A stretch of DNA of 64,000 bases from Alphaproteobacteria bacterium (GCA_963422645.2 CAXXVO010000006.1:96001-160000); one strand, 5' to 3'; shown: positions 20,606 through 31,748, counted from the first letter of the stretch. Notes: generated from the sequence alone by a model not told the origin. A program made the numbers and translations.

Positions 20606-21325
20606 ATGTCGAAGCCGCCCGCAGGCGCGGGGACGGGCCAAAAACCCGATCTTGAGGCCATCGCGCGCATCCGCGCGGACCACGCTCGCTGGCTCGAAAG
20701 CGAGGGCGCGGCGGGTACGCGCGCCGACTTCTCCGGCATGGAGCTTTCGGACGTGCGCTTCCCCGGCGCGGACCTGCGGCGCGCGCGCTTCGCCGACGCC
20801 AACCTCTTCCGCGCCGACTTCGCGGGCGCCGAGCTCTCCGAGGCGGATTTCACCGGCGCCAACATGAACCGCGCCGACCTCGCGGGCTCCACGCTCCAGC
20901 GCGCGGTGCTGGACAGGACCGATCTCTCCGACGCCGCCCTCGGCGATGCCCGCATGGAGCACGCCTCGCTGGTCGAGGCCAGCCTGCAGCGCGCCTGGCT
21001 CGGCCGCGCGCACCTGGAGCACGCCAACCTCACCCGCGCCGACCTGCACGGCGCCTGGCTCGGCCGCGCCAGCCTGGATCGGGCGAACCTGGAAGGCGCC
21101 ATGCTGGTGGGCGCAGAGTTCCCCGGCTCCAGCTTTCGCAATGCGTCGCTGAGGAGCGCCTACTTCGGCGGCGTGGCCCTGGCCGACGCCGATCTCTCCG
21201 GCGCCGACCTGGGCGAGGTGCGCAACCTCACGCTGGCACAGCTCGAGGCGGCGACGCTCGACGAGCGCACCATCCTGCCCCCGGAGCTCGACCTTCGCGC
21301 GGGCAAGGCGTCTGCGGCGGGCTAA
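20606..21325 (+). CDS. Pentapeptide repeat protein
   Basis: Long run of A(D/N)Lxx repeats. Confidence 0.9.
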   Translation: MSKPPAGAGTGQKPDLEAIARIRADHARWLESEGAAGTRADFSGMELSDVRFPGADLRRARFADANLFRADFAGAELSEADFTGANMNRADLAGSTLQRAVLDRTDLSDAALGDARMEHASLVEASLQRAWLGRAHLEHANLTRADLHGAWLGRASLDRANLEGAMLVGAEFPGSSFRNASLRSAYFGGVALADADLSGADLGEVRNLTLAQLEAATLDERTILPPELDLRAGKASAAG

Positions 21326-21404
21326 GGCCGGGGCCGAGGGAGATTTCAACGACGCGGCGACGCTGGCGCGGCGGCGACCGACAGAGCGCGGGAGGGAGGA
21401 CTTC

Positions 21405-23441
21405 GTGACGAATCTCAGGGTAGCGGTCGATATCGGCGGCACGTTCACCGACATCTGCATTCTCGACGAGGACTCAGGGGCCCTCAGGGTCGCGAAGACG
21501 GCATCGACGCCCGACGATCCTCTGATTGGCGCCATGCGCGGGCTCGAAGAGGCGAGCGTCGCGCTCAAGGACGTGACCCTCTTCTCCCACGGCACCACCG
21601 TCGCCACCAACGCGCTGATCACGCGCCGGCTGCCGCCCGCCGCGATGATCTGCACCGAGGGCTACCGCGACGTCATCGAGATCAGGCGCTCCAACAAGGA
21701 AGACCTCTGGGACACCTACAAGGACGTCGCCCAGCCCTATATCAGGCGCCGCGACCGGCTGACCGTGCGCGAGCGCATCGACCACGGCGGCAAGGTGACG
21801 ACCCCCCTGGACGAAGCGGACGCGCGCGAGAAGGCCCGCATCCTGCGCAAGCGCGGCGTCGACGCGGTCGCCGTCTGCTTCATGAACTCCTTCATCAACC
21901 CCACGCATGAGACCCGGGTGAAGGAGATTCTGGAGGAGGAGCTGCCGGGCGTGGAGATCACCACGTCGTCGGAAACCCTGCCCGAGATCTTCGAGCACGA
22001 GCGCTTCTCCACCACGGTGGTGAACGCGATCCTGAGCCCGGTCGTGGGCGGCTACGTCTCGCGCATGAACGACGCGCTGCAGCAGGGCGGCTACGCCAGC
22101 GACCTCCTGATGCTGCACTCCGGCGGCGGCGTGATGACGCCGGCCACCGCCGGCCAGTTCGCCGGCCGCCTCGCCGGCTCCGGCATCGCCGCCGGCGCCA
22201 TCGCGAGCCGCCACATCGCCATGCTCTGCGGCTACGAGAACTCCATCGGCCTCGACATGGGCGGCACCAGCTGCGACGTCTCGCTGGTGTTCGGCGGCGA
22301 ATCCCGCGTCACCAAGGACTGGCACATCGAGTTCGGCTACCCCATCCGCTTCCCCAGCATCGAGGTGCTGACCATCGGCGCGGGCGGCGGCTCGCTCGCC
22401 TGGATCGACGATGCCGGCTCGCTCCACAACGGGCCGCAGTCGGCAGGCGCGGATCCGGGGCCGGCCTGCTACGGCCGCGGCAACACCACGCCCACCAACA
22501 CCGATGCGAACCTGGCGCTCGGCCGGCTCGGCACCTCGCTCGCCGGCGGGCAGATCGAGCTCGACAAGGCGGCCTCCGAGACCGCCGTCCGCACCGGCGT
22601 CGCCGAGCCCCTCGGCATGGATGCCACCGCCGCCGCCAAGGCCATCGTCAGCGTCGCCAACGCCAACATGGCGGATGCCGTCAGGCTCATCTCCATCAGC
22701 CGGGGCTACGATCCGCGCGACTTCGCGCTCGTCGCCTTCGGCGGCGCGGGCGCGTTGCACGGCGTGGCGCTGGCCAAGGAGCTTTCGATCCCCACCGTGA
22801 TCGTGCCGCCCAATCCTGGGGTGACGTCTGCTCTCGGCTGCCTGCTCGTGGACGTGCGCCACGACCTCTCGCAGACCTACCTCGCGCTCGCGGCGGAGGC
22901 CGACCCCGCCGATATCGAGACCCAATTCGGCGAGATGGAGGCGGAGGCGCACAGCCGGCTGGTGAAGGAGGGCGTGGCGGAGGCCGACATGCTCCTGCAG
23001 CGCACGATCGACATGATGTACATGGGCCAGTGGCGCTCGCTCCAGGTGCCGGTGGCCTCGCCTTTCACCTCGGTGCCGGATGCGGTCGCCGCCTTCCACG
23101 CCGACCACGACCGGGAATACGCCTTCCGCCGGGACGAAACACCGGTCGAGCTTTTCCGCCTCAATCTCGCGGCCATCGGCACGGTGTCCAAGGCCGAGCT
23201 GATGCGTCATGCGGCGAAGGGCGCCAAGGCGGTGGCAGCGGCGTCGCGCCCGGTCGACTTCGACGAGGTTGAGGGCGCGGTCGAGACCCCGATATACTCC
23301 CACGAGGAGCTTCCGGCGGGTGTGACGATCGAGGGCCCGGCCATTGTCGAGCAGCTCGATTCGACGACAGTCATTCCGCCCGGCGTACGCGCAGAAGTGG
23401 ACGAGTGGCTCAATATCCGGATCCACGTAGCGGAGTCATAG
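21405..23441 (+). CDS. Hydantoinase A/oxoprolinase family ATP-binding subunit
   Basis: DIGGTFTD, DMGGTS, GPQSAGADPGPACY, FGGAG motifs. Confidence 0.92.
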   Translation: MTNLRVAVDIGGTFTDICILDEDSGALRVAKTASTPDDPLIGAMRGLEEASVALKDVTLFSHGTTVATNALITRRLPPAAMICTEGYRDVIEIRRSNKEDLWDTYKDVAQPYIRRRDRLTVRERIDHGGKVTTPLDEADAREKARILRKRGVDAVAVCFMNSFINPTHETRVKEILEEELPGVEITTSSETLPEIFEHERFSTTVVNAILSPVVGGYVSRMNDALQQGGYASDLLMLHSGGGVMTPATAGQFAGRLAGSGIAAGAIASRHIAMLCGYENSIGLDMGGTSCDVSLVFGGESRVTKDWHIEFGYPIRFPSIEVLTIGAGGGSLAWIDDAGSLHNGPQSAGADPGPACYGRGNTTPTNTDANLALGRLGTSLAGGQIELDKAASETAVRTGVAEPLGMDATAAAKAIVSVANANMADAVRLISISRGYDPRDFALVAFGGAGALHGVALAKELSIPTVIVPPNPGVTSALGCLLVDVRHDLSQTYLALAAEADPADIETQFGEMEAEAHSRLVKEGVAEADMLLQRTIDMMYMGQWRSLQVPVASPFTSVPDAVAAFHADHDREYAFRRDETPVELFRLNLAAIGTVSKAELMRHAAKGAKAVAAASRPVDFDEVEGAVETPIYSHEELPAGVTIEGPAIVEQLDSTTVIPPGVRAEVDEWLNIRIHVAES

Positions 23442-23443
23442 AG

Positions 23444-25441
23444 ATGAGCACGAACGGCACTGGCATCACGCTCGATCCGGTCACCTTCGAGGTCCTGAAG
23501 AATTCCTTCATCACGACCGTCGATCAGATGGCCGAGCAGATCCTCCGGACCTGCTACTCCTTCGTCATCTACAACCGCGACTTCTCCTCCGCCCTGAACG
23601 ACGCCAACGGCGATTCCATCGCCCAGGGCAACATGGACATCGCGGTCCACGTCGGCACGCTGCACTACACCTGCAAGGCGGTCATCGACACCTTCAAGGA
23701 CGACATGCGTCCCGGCGACGTGTTCATGACCAACGACCCCTACGCCGGCGGCACCCACTTCAACGACGTGCGCATCATCCGCCCGGTGTTCGTGGGCGAC
23801 GAGATCATCGCCTTCGCCCAGTCCAACGGCCACTGGTCCGATGTCGGCGGCTCAACGCCCGGCTCCTTCGACGTGCTCGCCAAGGAGATGTTCCGCGAGG
23901 GCATCCGCATCACGCCGACCCGGCTGATCGACGAGGGCAAGTGGCGCCACGACTTCGCCCAGATGATCGCCGCCAACACCCGCGATCCGGAATCGATCAT
24001 CGGCGACATGAACGCGCAGGCCGAGGCCACCCGCGTCGCCGAGCGCGAGATGCTCAGGCTGGTCGAGAAGTACGGCAAGGACACCGTCGTCACCGGCTGC
24101 AAGGAGGTGCAGGACTACGTCGAGCTCGCCACCCGCCAGCGCATCGCGGAGCTCCCCGACGGCACCTGGGAGAACGTCGACTACATCGACCGCGACCCGG
24201 CGTGCGGCGAGGGCATGATCCCGATCAAGGTGAAGCTCACCATCGAGGGCGACGAGGTCACCTACGACTTCACCGGCAGCCACGGCACCATTAGCACGCT
24301 CTACAACTCCGCCTTCGGCGGCACCTTCTCGGCCGTGGTTGCGGGCATGAAGACCTACTTCCCGGATCTGCCGCTCAACTCCGGCTTCTACCGGCCGATC
24401 AACGTGATCGCGCCCGAGAACTCCATCGTGGACGCCCAGTGGCCGGTGGCGGTAACGGGCTTCCTGATGCCCTTCGAGAAGATCATGAACTCGATCTACG
24501 AGATGTGGTCGGACATCGTGCCCGAGCGCGCGATCGCCTGCGCCTTCAACCTGGAGTACCTGCTCACCGGCGGGCGCGACCTGCGCACCGAGGACCGCAA
24601 CATCTTCATGTTCTACGACTGGCTGCCCGGCGGCTGGGGCGGGCGCAACGGCAAGGACGGCTGCAACGTCACCACCGCCTGCTTCGGCACCGGCCTGATG
24701 ACCCAGCCGGTGGAAGGCCAGGAGCGGCTCTGCCCGATCATCGCCAACGAGTACCAGATCGGCACCGATTCGCCCGGCCCCGGCAAGTGGCGGGGCGGCG
24801 CGGGCGTGGTCAAGACCAGCACCCTGCAGGAGGCGGAGAGCACCGTCATCTCCTACATCTGCGACCGCGAGCGCGCGATCGTCTGGGGCATCAAGGGCGG
24901 GCTGCCCTCCATGCCCCACGGGCTCTACATCCAGCGCAAGGGCAAGAACGAGCGCGAGTGGCTCGGCTCGATCTTCTCCGACGTGCCCATCGAGTCCGGC
25001 GACATCTTCTCGCGGCCGACCGCCGGCGGCGGCGGCCTGGGCGATCCGCTCGAGCGCGACCCCGCGGCGGTGGTGCGGGACGTGGAGGACGACTACGTCT
25101 CGATCGAGCGTGCGCGCAAGGATTACGGCGTGGTTCTCAAGGTGATCGATCAGGACCTCGCGAGCTACGAGGTCGACGTCGAGGCCACCCGTGCCGCGCG
25201 TGCCGCCATCGCCAAGGCGCGGCGCGGCTGGCTTGAGGAGGACGGCGCCGCCGTCGCCGAGCGCTACCGCAAGGGCGAGCTCAACGAGCTCGACATGGTG
25301 CGCCGCTACGGCGTCATCGTGGACTGGGGCACCGGCGAGTACTTCCCCAAGACCACCGCCGAGTTCCGCACGATGATGAAGAAGCGCTCCGCCGCCCACT
25401 GGAACGACGCCATCGGAGAGCTCGACCAGGCCGCCGAATAG
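23444..25441 (+). CDS. Hydantoinase B/oxoprolinase family subunit
   Basis: NDPYAGGTHFND, HWSDVGG, GKWRGG, GGGGLGDP motifs. Confidence 0.92.
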   Translation: MSTNGTGITLDPVTFEVLKNSFITTVDQMAEQILRTCYSFVIYNRDFSSALNDANGDSIAQGNMDIAVHVGTLHYTCKAVIDTFKDDMRPGDVFMTNDPYAGGTHFNDVRIIRPVFVGDEIIAFAQSNGHWSDVGGSTPGSFDVLAKEMFREGIRITPTRLIDEGKWRHDFAQMIAANTRDPESIIGDMNAQAEATRVAEREMLRLVEKYGKDTVVTGCKEVQDYVELATRQRIAELPDGTWENVDYIDRDPACGEGMIPIKVKLTIEGDEVTYDFTGSHGTISTLYNSAFGGTFSAVVAGMKTYFPDLPLNSGFYRPINVIAPENSIVDAQWPVAVTGFLMPFEKIMNSIYEMWSDIVPERAIACAFNLEYLLTGGRDLRTEDRNIFMFYDWLPGGWGGRNGKDGCNVTTACFGTGLMTQPVEGQERLCPIIANEYQIGTDSPGPGKWRGGAGVVKTSTLQEAESTVISYICDRERAIVWGIKGGLPSMPHGLYIQRKGKNEREWLGSIFSDVPIESGDIFSRPTAGGGGLGDPLERDPAAVVRDVEDDYVSIERARKDYGVVLKVIDQDLASYEVDVEATRAARAAIAKARRGWLEEDGAAVAERYRKGELNELDMVRRYGVIVDWGTGEYFPKTTAEFRTMMKKRSAAHWNDAIGELDQAAE

Positions 25442-25785
25442 GCAGCGCGCGAGCGCCCTCCCCTGCCCTGCCGGCACTCCTCAAACGCCGGTGAAGGGCA
25501 CTTCCGGCTAGCGCGTCTTGAGGTGGCCTCGCCGCGCCAATCGAAGGCAGTCGGGGCGAAGCCAACATAATCGGGTATCCCCGGGTCCGACCGCGCAGGG
25601 CCGGCCAGTTCGGGCGCGGTGCGCGAGGGACGAGTGCGCCGCGGCCCCTGCTCGGCTCCATCCTGCCGCGCGACGCCGCGATCGCATTCAGCCACGCGCG
25701 CAGCAGCCGAAACGAGCCCTGTGTGTTTTCGCGCCCACGGCTTGCGCTTCCCCGGATCGTCACCCTCGTGGCAGAGTCCCGTCCC

Positions 25786-26464
25786 GTGCGTGAAGCTTGT
25801 CTCTATTCCCCCGTAAAGGCGTTCCTCGAAGCCCAGGGGTATGCCGTCAAGGGCGAGGTCGAAGGCTGTGACCTGGTCCGCAGTCCGAGGCGACGAGGCA
25901 CCCGTCATCGTCGAGCTCAAGACGAGCTTCACCCTGCGGCTCGTCTTCCAGGGGATCGCACGGCAGCGCGTCACCGAAAACGTGTACCTTGCGGTACCGC
26001 CCTTCTCAACGCGCACCACCCGGCGAAGGGATGCACTCGCGCTTTGCCGCCGCTTGGGACTTGGCCTCCTCGCAGTACGGCTCAAGCCCGAGCCGCTCGT
26101 CGAGGCATTGCTGGACCCGGCGGAATTCCGACCGCGTCGACGGACGGAGCGCCTCGGCAGGCTGCTCAGGGAGTTTCAGCGTCGGGTCGGCGATCCGAAC
26201 GAAGGCGGGACAAACCGGCGCAAGGTGATGACCGCCTACCGCCAGGATGCCCTTCGCTGCGCCCTCTACCTCAACCTCCACGGTCCGACGAAGGCATCGG
26301 CGGTCGCCCACGACACCGGCGTCGCGCGGGCTCGGGCAATGATGTACGCCGACCACTACGGGTGGTTCGAACGACGGGTCGAGACACCCCGCGGAACCTA
26401 CGGGCTGACGCCGAAGGGTCGAGCCGCGCTCGACGAATACGGCGACGAAGTGTCGGACCTTTAG
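25786..26464 (+). pseudogene. DUF2161-like putative PD-(D/E)XK protein, frameshifted near 25879
   Basis: LYSPVKAFLEAQGYAVKGEV in one frame continues as VIVELK...MTAYRQDAL...YGWFER in another. Confidence 0.7.
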
Positions 26465-26540
26465 AGAATATCCGGCCAGACGGGATCGTATCCGGTTGGC
26501 GCAAGGTGCCCAAATTCATACACGTTGGGGTCCGGAACCC

Positions 26541-26612
26541 CCCCACCTCACCCCGGCGCATTCTTCGTCCCCCCTCCGCCCTTGAGGGGGGAGGGGGACA
26601 GGGGGAGGTGGG
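26541..26612. repeat. C/G-rich palindromic intergenic repeat or terminator
   Basis: CCCACCTC...TCCCCCCTCC...GGAGGGGGA...GAGGTGGG, between convergent genes. Confidence 0.5.
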
Positions 26613-26654
26613 TGTCGTTCGGGTCGAGGTGATCCGGTGTGGTCGGATAACGCG

Positions 26655-27062
26655 CTAAATTTCCGGCTCGCCTTCGGTCCTCGGCAGCCCGTCCGCGAAA
26701 TGCAGCCAGGGGACGCTGTCGGCCACGAATATGTGGCGCTGCGGCGTCAATGCCTCCGGCTGGTCGAGCGTGCCTACCGTGATCCACACTGCCGGGGTCT
26801 GCCCTTCGGTGTAATTGTAGAAGAGCTGCCCGCCGCAGCGTCCGCAGAATTTCCGGATCGCAAACGACGAGGACGCGTAGCTCTCCGTCCTTCCCTGCGT
26901 CACCGTGAGGGCGTCGCCCTCAAAACCCGCCCAGGTCTGGAACGCGGTGCCGCCCGCCCGGCGGCACATCGAGCAATGGCAGTGGAAGACGTACACCGGC
27001 TCCCCGCGGATCTCGTAGCGCAGGTCGCCGCAGAGGCAGCCGCCGGAAAGAGTCTCGGACAT
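26655..27062 (-). CDS. GFA/CENP-V family protein
   Basis: GGCLCG, CHCSMCRR, FCGRCG motifs. Confidence 0.88.
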   Translation of the reverse strand: MSETLSGGCLCGDLRYEIRGEPVYVFHCHCSMCRRAGGTAFQTWAGFEGDALTVTQGRTESYASSSFAIRKFCGRCGGQLFYNYTEGQTPAVWITVGTLDQPEALTPQRHIFVADSVPWLHFADGLPRTEGEPEI

Positions 27063-27171
27063 GGGTTCCGACCTCGGTCATGGAGTTCCTTCGTCCCCTA
27101 GTAGGGAAGGTCGGAAGGGCGTGCAAGGGAGCCTGTTCGTGCCGTAAGGAAAAGGGCGCCAGGGCGTGCGC

Positions 27172-27963
27172 CTATTCGAGGATCAGCTCCTCGATCATCA
27201 CCGGCAGCCCTGCCGTGAGCCCGCCGTCGACCACCAGGTTGGCGCCGTTGACGAAGCCCGCTTCGTCGGCTGCGACGAAGGCGACGGCGGCGGCGATATC
27301 CTCCGGTTGGCCGACGCGCCCGACGGGATACCAACGGGCCAGCTGCTCGAATATCTTGGGGTTCTTCTGCCGCCGGATTCGCCAGTTCTCGATATCCGTC
27401 TCCACCGTGCCGGGCGAGACCATGTTGGTGCGGATGCCCTTGGGTCCGTATTCGATCGCAAGCGATTGAGTGAGGCTCAGCAGCCCCGCCTTGGCCGCGC
27501 TGTAGGCCGGGTTGCCGAGCGCCATCAGGCCGTTCACCGAGCCAATGTTGACGATGGCGCCGGCCCCGCGCGCGACCATCCCCGGCAGCACCGCCTTGGC
27601 GCAGACGAACTGGCCGTTCAGGTCGACCTCCAGCTCCGCCTGCCAGTCGGCAAGCCCGGTGCTCTCCAGATCGCCCTTGGTGGCCCAGGCCGCGTTGTTG
27701 ACCAGCACGTCCGGCGCACCGATGGCGTCGGTCATCTGCTTCAGGGCCGCCGCGACGGAGTTCGGGTCGGTAATCTCGGCCACGAGCGCCAGCGCGCGCC
27801 CTCCCGCCGCCTCGACACGCGCCGCCACCCCCGCCGCCGCGTCCGGCTTCCGGTCGAGCACGCCGATGGCGCCGCCCTCCTTCGCCAGCCTGAGCGCGAT
27901 GGCGCTGCCGATGCCGCCGCCCCCGCCGGTGACCAGCGCGGCCTTCCCCTCAAAGCGCATCAT
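27172..27963 (-). CDS. Short-chain dehydrogenase/reductase
   Basis: TGGGGGIG, NNA, YSAAK motifs. Confidence 0.9.
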   Translation of the reverse strand: MMRFEGKAALVTGGGGGIGSAIALRLAKEGGAIGVLDRKPDAAAGVAARVEAAGGRALALVAEITDPNSVAAALKQMTDAIGAPDVLVNNAAWATKGDLESTGLADWQAELEVDLNGQFVCAKAVLPGMVARGAGAIVNIGSVNGLMALGNPAYSAAKAGLLSLTQSLAIEYGPKGIRTNMVSPGTVETDIENWRIRRQKNPKIFEQLARWYPVGRVGQPEDIAAAVAFVAADEAGFVNGANLVVDGGLTAGLPVMIEELILE

Positions 27964-29135
27964 GGCGTCTCCTCCAGCACGGCTAGCGCCTCGCGCACCC
28001 GCTCGAACGCGCTGAGAGCGACGTGGCCGTAGTTGTAGAACGCGAGCCCTTGCAGCCCACTCGACTTGAGCGCACGCACGGCAGCAACCGTCTCCGCCCC
28101 GTTGCCAAGGTCGGGATGAGCCGGTCGCAGGACGTAGCTGATCCGCGCGTCCGCACCCGCCCGCCGGCGCACGTCGCCGGCGTCCAGAGCGACGGCCGCC
28201 GCGCTCGCCTCGTAGGCCGGAACCTCCAGCGTATCCGCCGCCTCGGCCAGCAGGCGCAGATCGCTTCCTTCCGACCAGGCCGCAGCCGTCGGCCGCTGCA
28301 CCGTCGGGATCACTGCGAGCGAAGTTTCCTTCGGCAGCGCCGCGCGGACCTCGGCCACCAGATCGGTCACGAGCTGGCAGCGCCAGCTCAGGAACAGCGC
28401 CCATTCGGGATCCGCGATCAGGTCCGCAATCCACCACTCGGCGGCAACGTGGTCCGGCACCGGCTCGGGCCGGGCGAAGAACGAATCCAGCGCCGCGCAG
28501 GCCTGCCAGCGCAGCCGCTCGGAATCGATGCCGCGCGCTTCCGCCGCGGCGATGGTGCCCTCTGAAAAGCAGAGCCCGAGCAGCCAGCCGGCCCAGCGGT
28601 TCATCGGCAGCATGAAGAACTCGTGGTGGAAGCCGTGATCGAAGGGCAGGAACCCGGGGGTCTCCAGCGCGAGCCCGTCGAGCGCGTAGCGCTCCGCCAT
28701 GTCGACGCAGAGCGTCACCACGTAGCGGCGCACCTCCTCGTAGGCCGGGCACAGGCTGTAGACGTAGGAATCGCCGTAGCAGTTGCGCACCGTGAACTCG
28801 GGATGGCGCATGCCGAGCGGCGTGTTGTGCAGGCACACCGTCCAGGCGACCCGCGCCATGTCGGGCGCCTCCGCCTTGAGCTCGGCGAAGACGTCGCGCT
28901 CACCCGCCAGCTTGCTCTGGATCGGCTTGATGGCGCCGTAACGGCCCGGGCGCGGGCGCACGTAGACCGTGCCGTCCTCGGGAAAGTAGACCTTCCCCGC
29001 CGGTGAGTGGGGCCGCAGGAACTTGCCGGCATGGTAGCTCGCGGCGAGGGTGAGCGTGTTGATGCCGCAGTCGCGCATTCGGCCCGTTGCGGTGCCGATC
29101 CCCTCGTCCACCAGGTCCCAGGGGTACGTGTACAT
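27960..29135 (-). CDS. Hypothetical protein, possible glycoside hydrolase-like TIM barrel
   Basis: 391-aa ORF overlapping the SDR start; YPWD...YH...LCP pattern. Confidence 0.6.
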   Translation of the reverse strand: MYTYPWDLVDEGIGTATGRMRDCGINTLTLAASYHAGKFLRPHSPAGKVYFPEDGTVYVRPRPGRYGAIKPIQSKLAGERDVFAELKAEAPDMARVAWTVCLHNTPLGMRHPEFTVRNCYGDSYVYSLCPAYEEVRRYVVTLCVDMAERYALDGLALETPGFLPFDHGFHHEFFMLPMNRWAGWLLGLCFSEGTIAAAEARGIDSERLRWQACAALDSFFARPEPVPDHVAAEWWIADLIADPEWALFLSWRCQLVTDLVAEVRAALPKETSLAVIPTVQRPTAAAWSEGSDLRLLAEAADTLEVPAYEASAAAVALDAGDVRRRAGADARISYVLRPAHPDLGNGAETVAAVRALKSSGLQGLAFYNYGHVALSAFERVREALAVLEETP

Positions 29136-29221
29136 GCCCTTGTACAGAGTCGCGCCTCCCGCGCCACGCCGCCGGCGCGGCCATTGTGACAGATGCGGGC
29201 GAACGCTGCCCGGCGCGTGGG

Positions 29222-29779
29222 TCAGTTGAGCCGGTCGCGAACCTCTTGGATCGAGTCCTCGATCATGCGGTTGGCGCGGTCTTCGTCGATCGCCTCGCTC
29301 ATGAGACGGCGCGCGGCCTCAATCGCCAGCACCGCTGCGGTCTGGCGCACCTCCCGCATGGCCTCTTCCTCAGCGCGGGCGATGCGCTGCTCGGCGAGCG
29401 TGGCGCGGCGCTTCATGGTCTCCTCGAGCGCTGCGCGCGCTTCCGCCGCGTGGCGCTCGGCCTCCGCCTTGGCGTGCTCGACCATCTGGCGCGCCTCCTC
29501 CTCGGCCTCCTGGCGCTTGCGCTCATGCTCTGCCAGCAGCGCCTGGGCCTCGGCGCGGAGCGCCGCCGCCTCGTCGAGCTCGTTCTTGATCCTCTCCGCC
29601 CGCTTGTCGAGGATCTCGGTCACCTTCTTGTAGGCCGCGCGGCCGAAGGCGCCGAAGAAGGTGATGAAGGCGATGAGGATCCAGAAGTTGGCCGACTCGG
29701 TGATCTGGCTGCCGACGACGACGAAGACGCAGGCTGCGACGATGACCCAGAACTCGGGCTTGCGGATCATCTTCTTCAT
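29222..29779 (-). CDS. atpF: F0F1 ATP synthase subunit b
   Basis: TM segment plus LDKRAERIKNEL coiled coil; operon context. Confidence 0.88.
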   Translation of the reverse strand: MKKMIRKPEFWVIVAACVFVVVGSQITESANFWILIAFITFFGAFGRAAYKKVTEILDKRAERIKNELDEAAALRAEAQALLAEHERKRQEAEEEARQMVEHAKAEAERHAAEARAALEETMKRRATLAEQRIARAEEEAMREVRQTAAVLAIEAARRLMSEAIDEDRANRMIEDSIQEVRDRLN

Positions 29780-29782
29780 GGC

Positions 29783-30274
29783 TCAGCGCCCCTCGCCCAT
29801 GCTGGCTTCCACCGCCGCACGGGCCGCGGCCTCGGAGGGCGCGGTGCCGACCAGCCGCTCGGTCGCGGCGCGCGCCACGTCGCCCGCCACGTCGCGCAGG
29901 CTGGCGAGCGCCTGGGCGCGCGTCTCCTGGATGCGCTCTTCGGCCTTCGCCGCCCTGGCCGCGAGATCGGCGTCGAGCTCCGCGCGCAGCGCGTCCGCCT
30001 CCGCCGTAAGCTTCGCCTGGGTCTCGGCGAGCACGCCGTGGGCCTTGGAGCGCGCGTCTGCCAGCGCCTCCTCATAGGCCTTGAGCGCGGCTTCCGCCCT
30101 GCCCTTCGCGCTTTCGGCCTCGGTCAGGTCGTCGCTGATCTTGTTCTCGCGCGCCTCGATCACGCGGCGGACCCGCGGCAGGCCCACGGACCACATGATC
30201 ACCATCAGCGCGACGAAGGTGACGACCAGCCAGAAGATCTGGGGCGCGTAGTCCCCCATCTCGAGTTGTGGCAT
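29783..30274 (-). CDS. atpF2: F0F1 ATP synthase subunit b'
   Basis: MPQL...QIFWLVVTF N-terminus; operon context. Confidence 0.88.
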   Translation of the reverse strand: MPQLEMGDYAPQIFWLVVTFVALMVIMWSVGLPRVRRVIEARENKISDDLTEAESAKGRAEAALKAYEEALADARSKAHGVLAETQAKLTAEADALRAELDADLAARAAKAEERIQETRAQALASLRDVAGDVARAATERLVGTAPSEAAARAAVEASMGEGR

Positions 30275-30318
30275 CGGGCGTCTCCTGCCTCGGTCTCAGG
30301 CAGCCGGGCTGCCGTCGA

Positions 30319-30558
30319 TCAGGAGCCGAAGAGGATGATGAAGGCCATGACGAGCGCGAAGAGCGCGATCGCCTCGGTCAGCGCGAAGCCCAGCAGCACG
30401 TTGCCGAAGAGCTTCGGCGCCGCCGCCGGGTTGCGTCCCGCCGCCGAGACGTAGTTGCCGAAGATGATGCCGATACCGACACCGGAGCCCGCCACGCCGA
30501 TCGTGGCGAGACCGCCGCCGATGAGCTGACCGAGCAGTTTCGCTGCATCTGCTTCCAT
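30319..30558 (-). CDS. atpE: F0F1 ATP synthase subunit c
   Basis: GVGIG...RNP...FALTEA. Confidence 0.95.
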   Translation of the reverse strand: MEADAAKLLGQLIGGGLATIGVAGSGVGIGIIFGNYVSAAGRNPAAAPKLFGNVLLGFALTEAIALFALVMAFIILFGS

Positions 30559-30615
30559 GATCCTGGTTCCCTCGGTTTGTTCGGAGTTTGTGGCTTGCGA
30601 CCCGCGTCTTGCCGC

Positions 30616-31389
30616 TTAGTGATGCAACTCGATTGCGTCGCGGATGTAGAGGCAGGTCAGAATGGTGAAGACGTAGGCCTGGAGCACGGCGACCAGCAGT
30701 TCCAGCCCGTAGAGCGCCACGATGAACGCGAAGGGCAGAACGCCGGCGAAGCCCAGGACGAAGACGAAGGCGCCGAACACGTGCAGGATCGAGTGTCCCG
30801 CCATCATGTTGGCGAAGAGCCGCACGGAGAGGCTGATCGGCCGCGCCATGTAGGAGACGACCTCGATCGGCACCAGCAGCGGCGCCATCCACATCGGCAC
30901 GCCGGGCGGCAGGAAGAAGGTCAGGAAGCGGTGCTTGTGGATGACGATGGCGAGGATCGTCACGCCGACGAAGACCACCAGCGCGAATGCGAGCGTCACG
31001 ATGATGTGGCTGGTGAAGGTGAAGGAAAAGGGGACCAGCCCGAGCACGTTGCCGAGCAGCAAGAACATGAAGAGGCTGAACACGAAGGGGAAGAACTTCT
31101 GCGCGCCGCGGCCGCCCACGATGTCGCCCAGCATTCGGGCGATCATCTCGTAGCTCATTTCCACAATGGACTGCATGCGCCCCGGCACCAGCCGCCCGCG
31201 GCCCATGCCCACCGTGGTGAGCAGCGTGATGGCGATCACGGTCACGCACATCATCAGCGCTGAGTTGGTGAACGACGCGTCGAAACCGCCGAGGTCGATC
31301 TCGACGTAGCGGTTGATCGCGAACTGATCGAGCGGGCCGTGTTGCGCGTCGCCGTTATGTCCGGCGGCGCCGTTGTCCGTCGTTGCCAT
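30616..31389 (-). CDS. atpB: F0F1 ATP synthase subunit a
   Basis: RPISLSVRLFANMMAGH, LQAYVF motifs. Confidence 0.95.
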   Translation of the reverse strand: MATTDNGAAGHNGDAQHGPLDQFAINRYVEIDLGGFDASFTNSALMMCVTVIAITLLTTVGMGRGRLVPGRMQSIVEMSYEMIARMLGDIVGGRGAQKFFPFVFSLFMFLLLGNVLGLVPFSFTFTSHIIVTLAFALVVFVGVTILAIVIHKHRFLTFFLPPGVPMWMAPLLVPIEVVSYMARPISLSVRLFANMMAGHSILHVFGAFVFVLGFAGVLPFAFIVALYGLELLVAVLQAYVFTILTCLYIRDAIELHH

Positions 31390-31397
31390 TGGCCGTC

Positions 31398-31748
31398 CTA
31401 CCTCTGGCTTCGCTCGTCCTGCTCTTCACTCCGCTCGTCCGCGCTTTCGCGGGACAAGGGCGTGGCACCCAATTTCTGTGCCGCCCGAAACGCGTTCAGG
31501 ATGCCGGCCGCGATCCCCACAAAAATAAAGACCACGAACAGCCACGGCCTGGTACCGAGCCATTCGTCGAGCAGCCAGCCGAGGCCGCCGCCGACGGCCA
31601 GCGCGGCCGCCATTTCGATCGCGAGATGCAACGCTTGCCCAAGACGCGTGCCGGGCAACCGACCACGGTTGCCCGACTCGTTCCCGCCTCGGGCCTTGCG
31701 CAGCCGGGAGTCCAGATCCTCCAGGGGTGGCCGTGGTTTGTCGTCCAT
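31398..31748 (-). CDS. atpI: AtpZ/AtpI family protein
   Basis: GWLLDEWLGTRPW; first gene of the F0 operon. Confidence 0.85.
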   Translation of the reverse strand: MDDKPRPPLEDLDSRLRKARGGNESGNRGRLPGTRLGQALHLAIEMAAALAVGGGLGWLLDEWLGTRPWLFVVFIFVGIAAGILNAFRAAQKLGATPLSRESADERSEEQDERSQR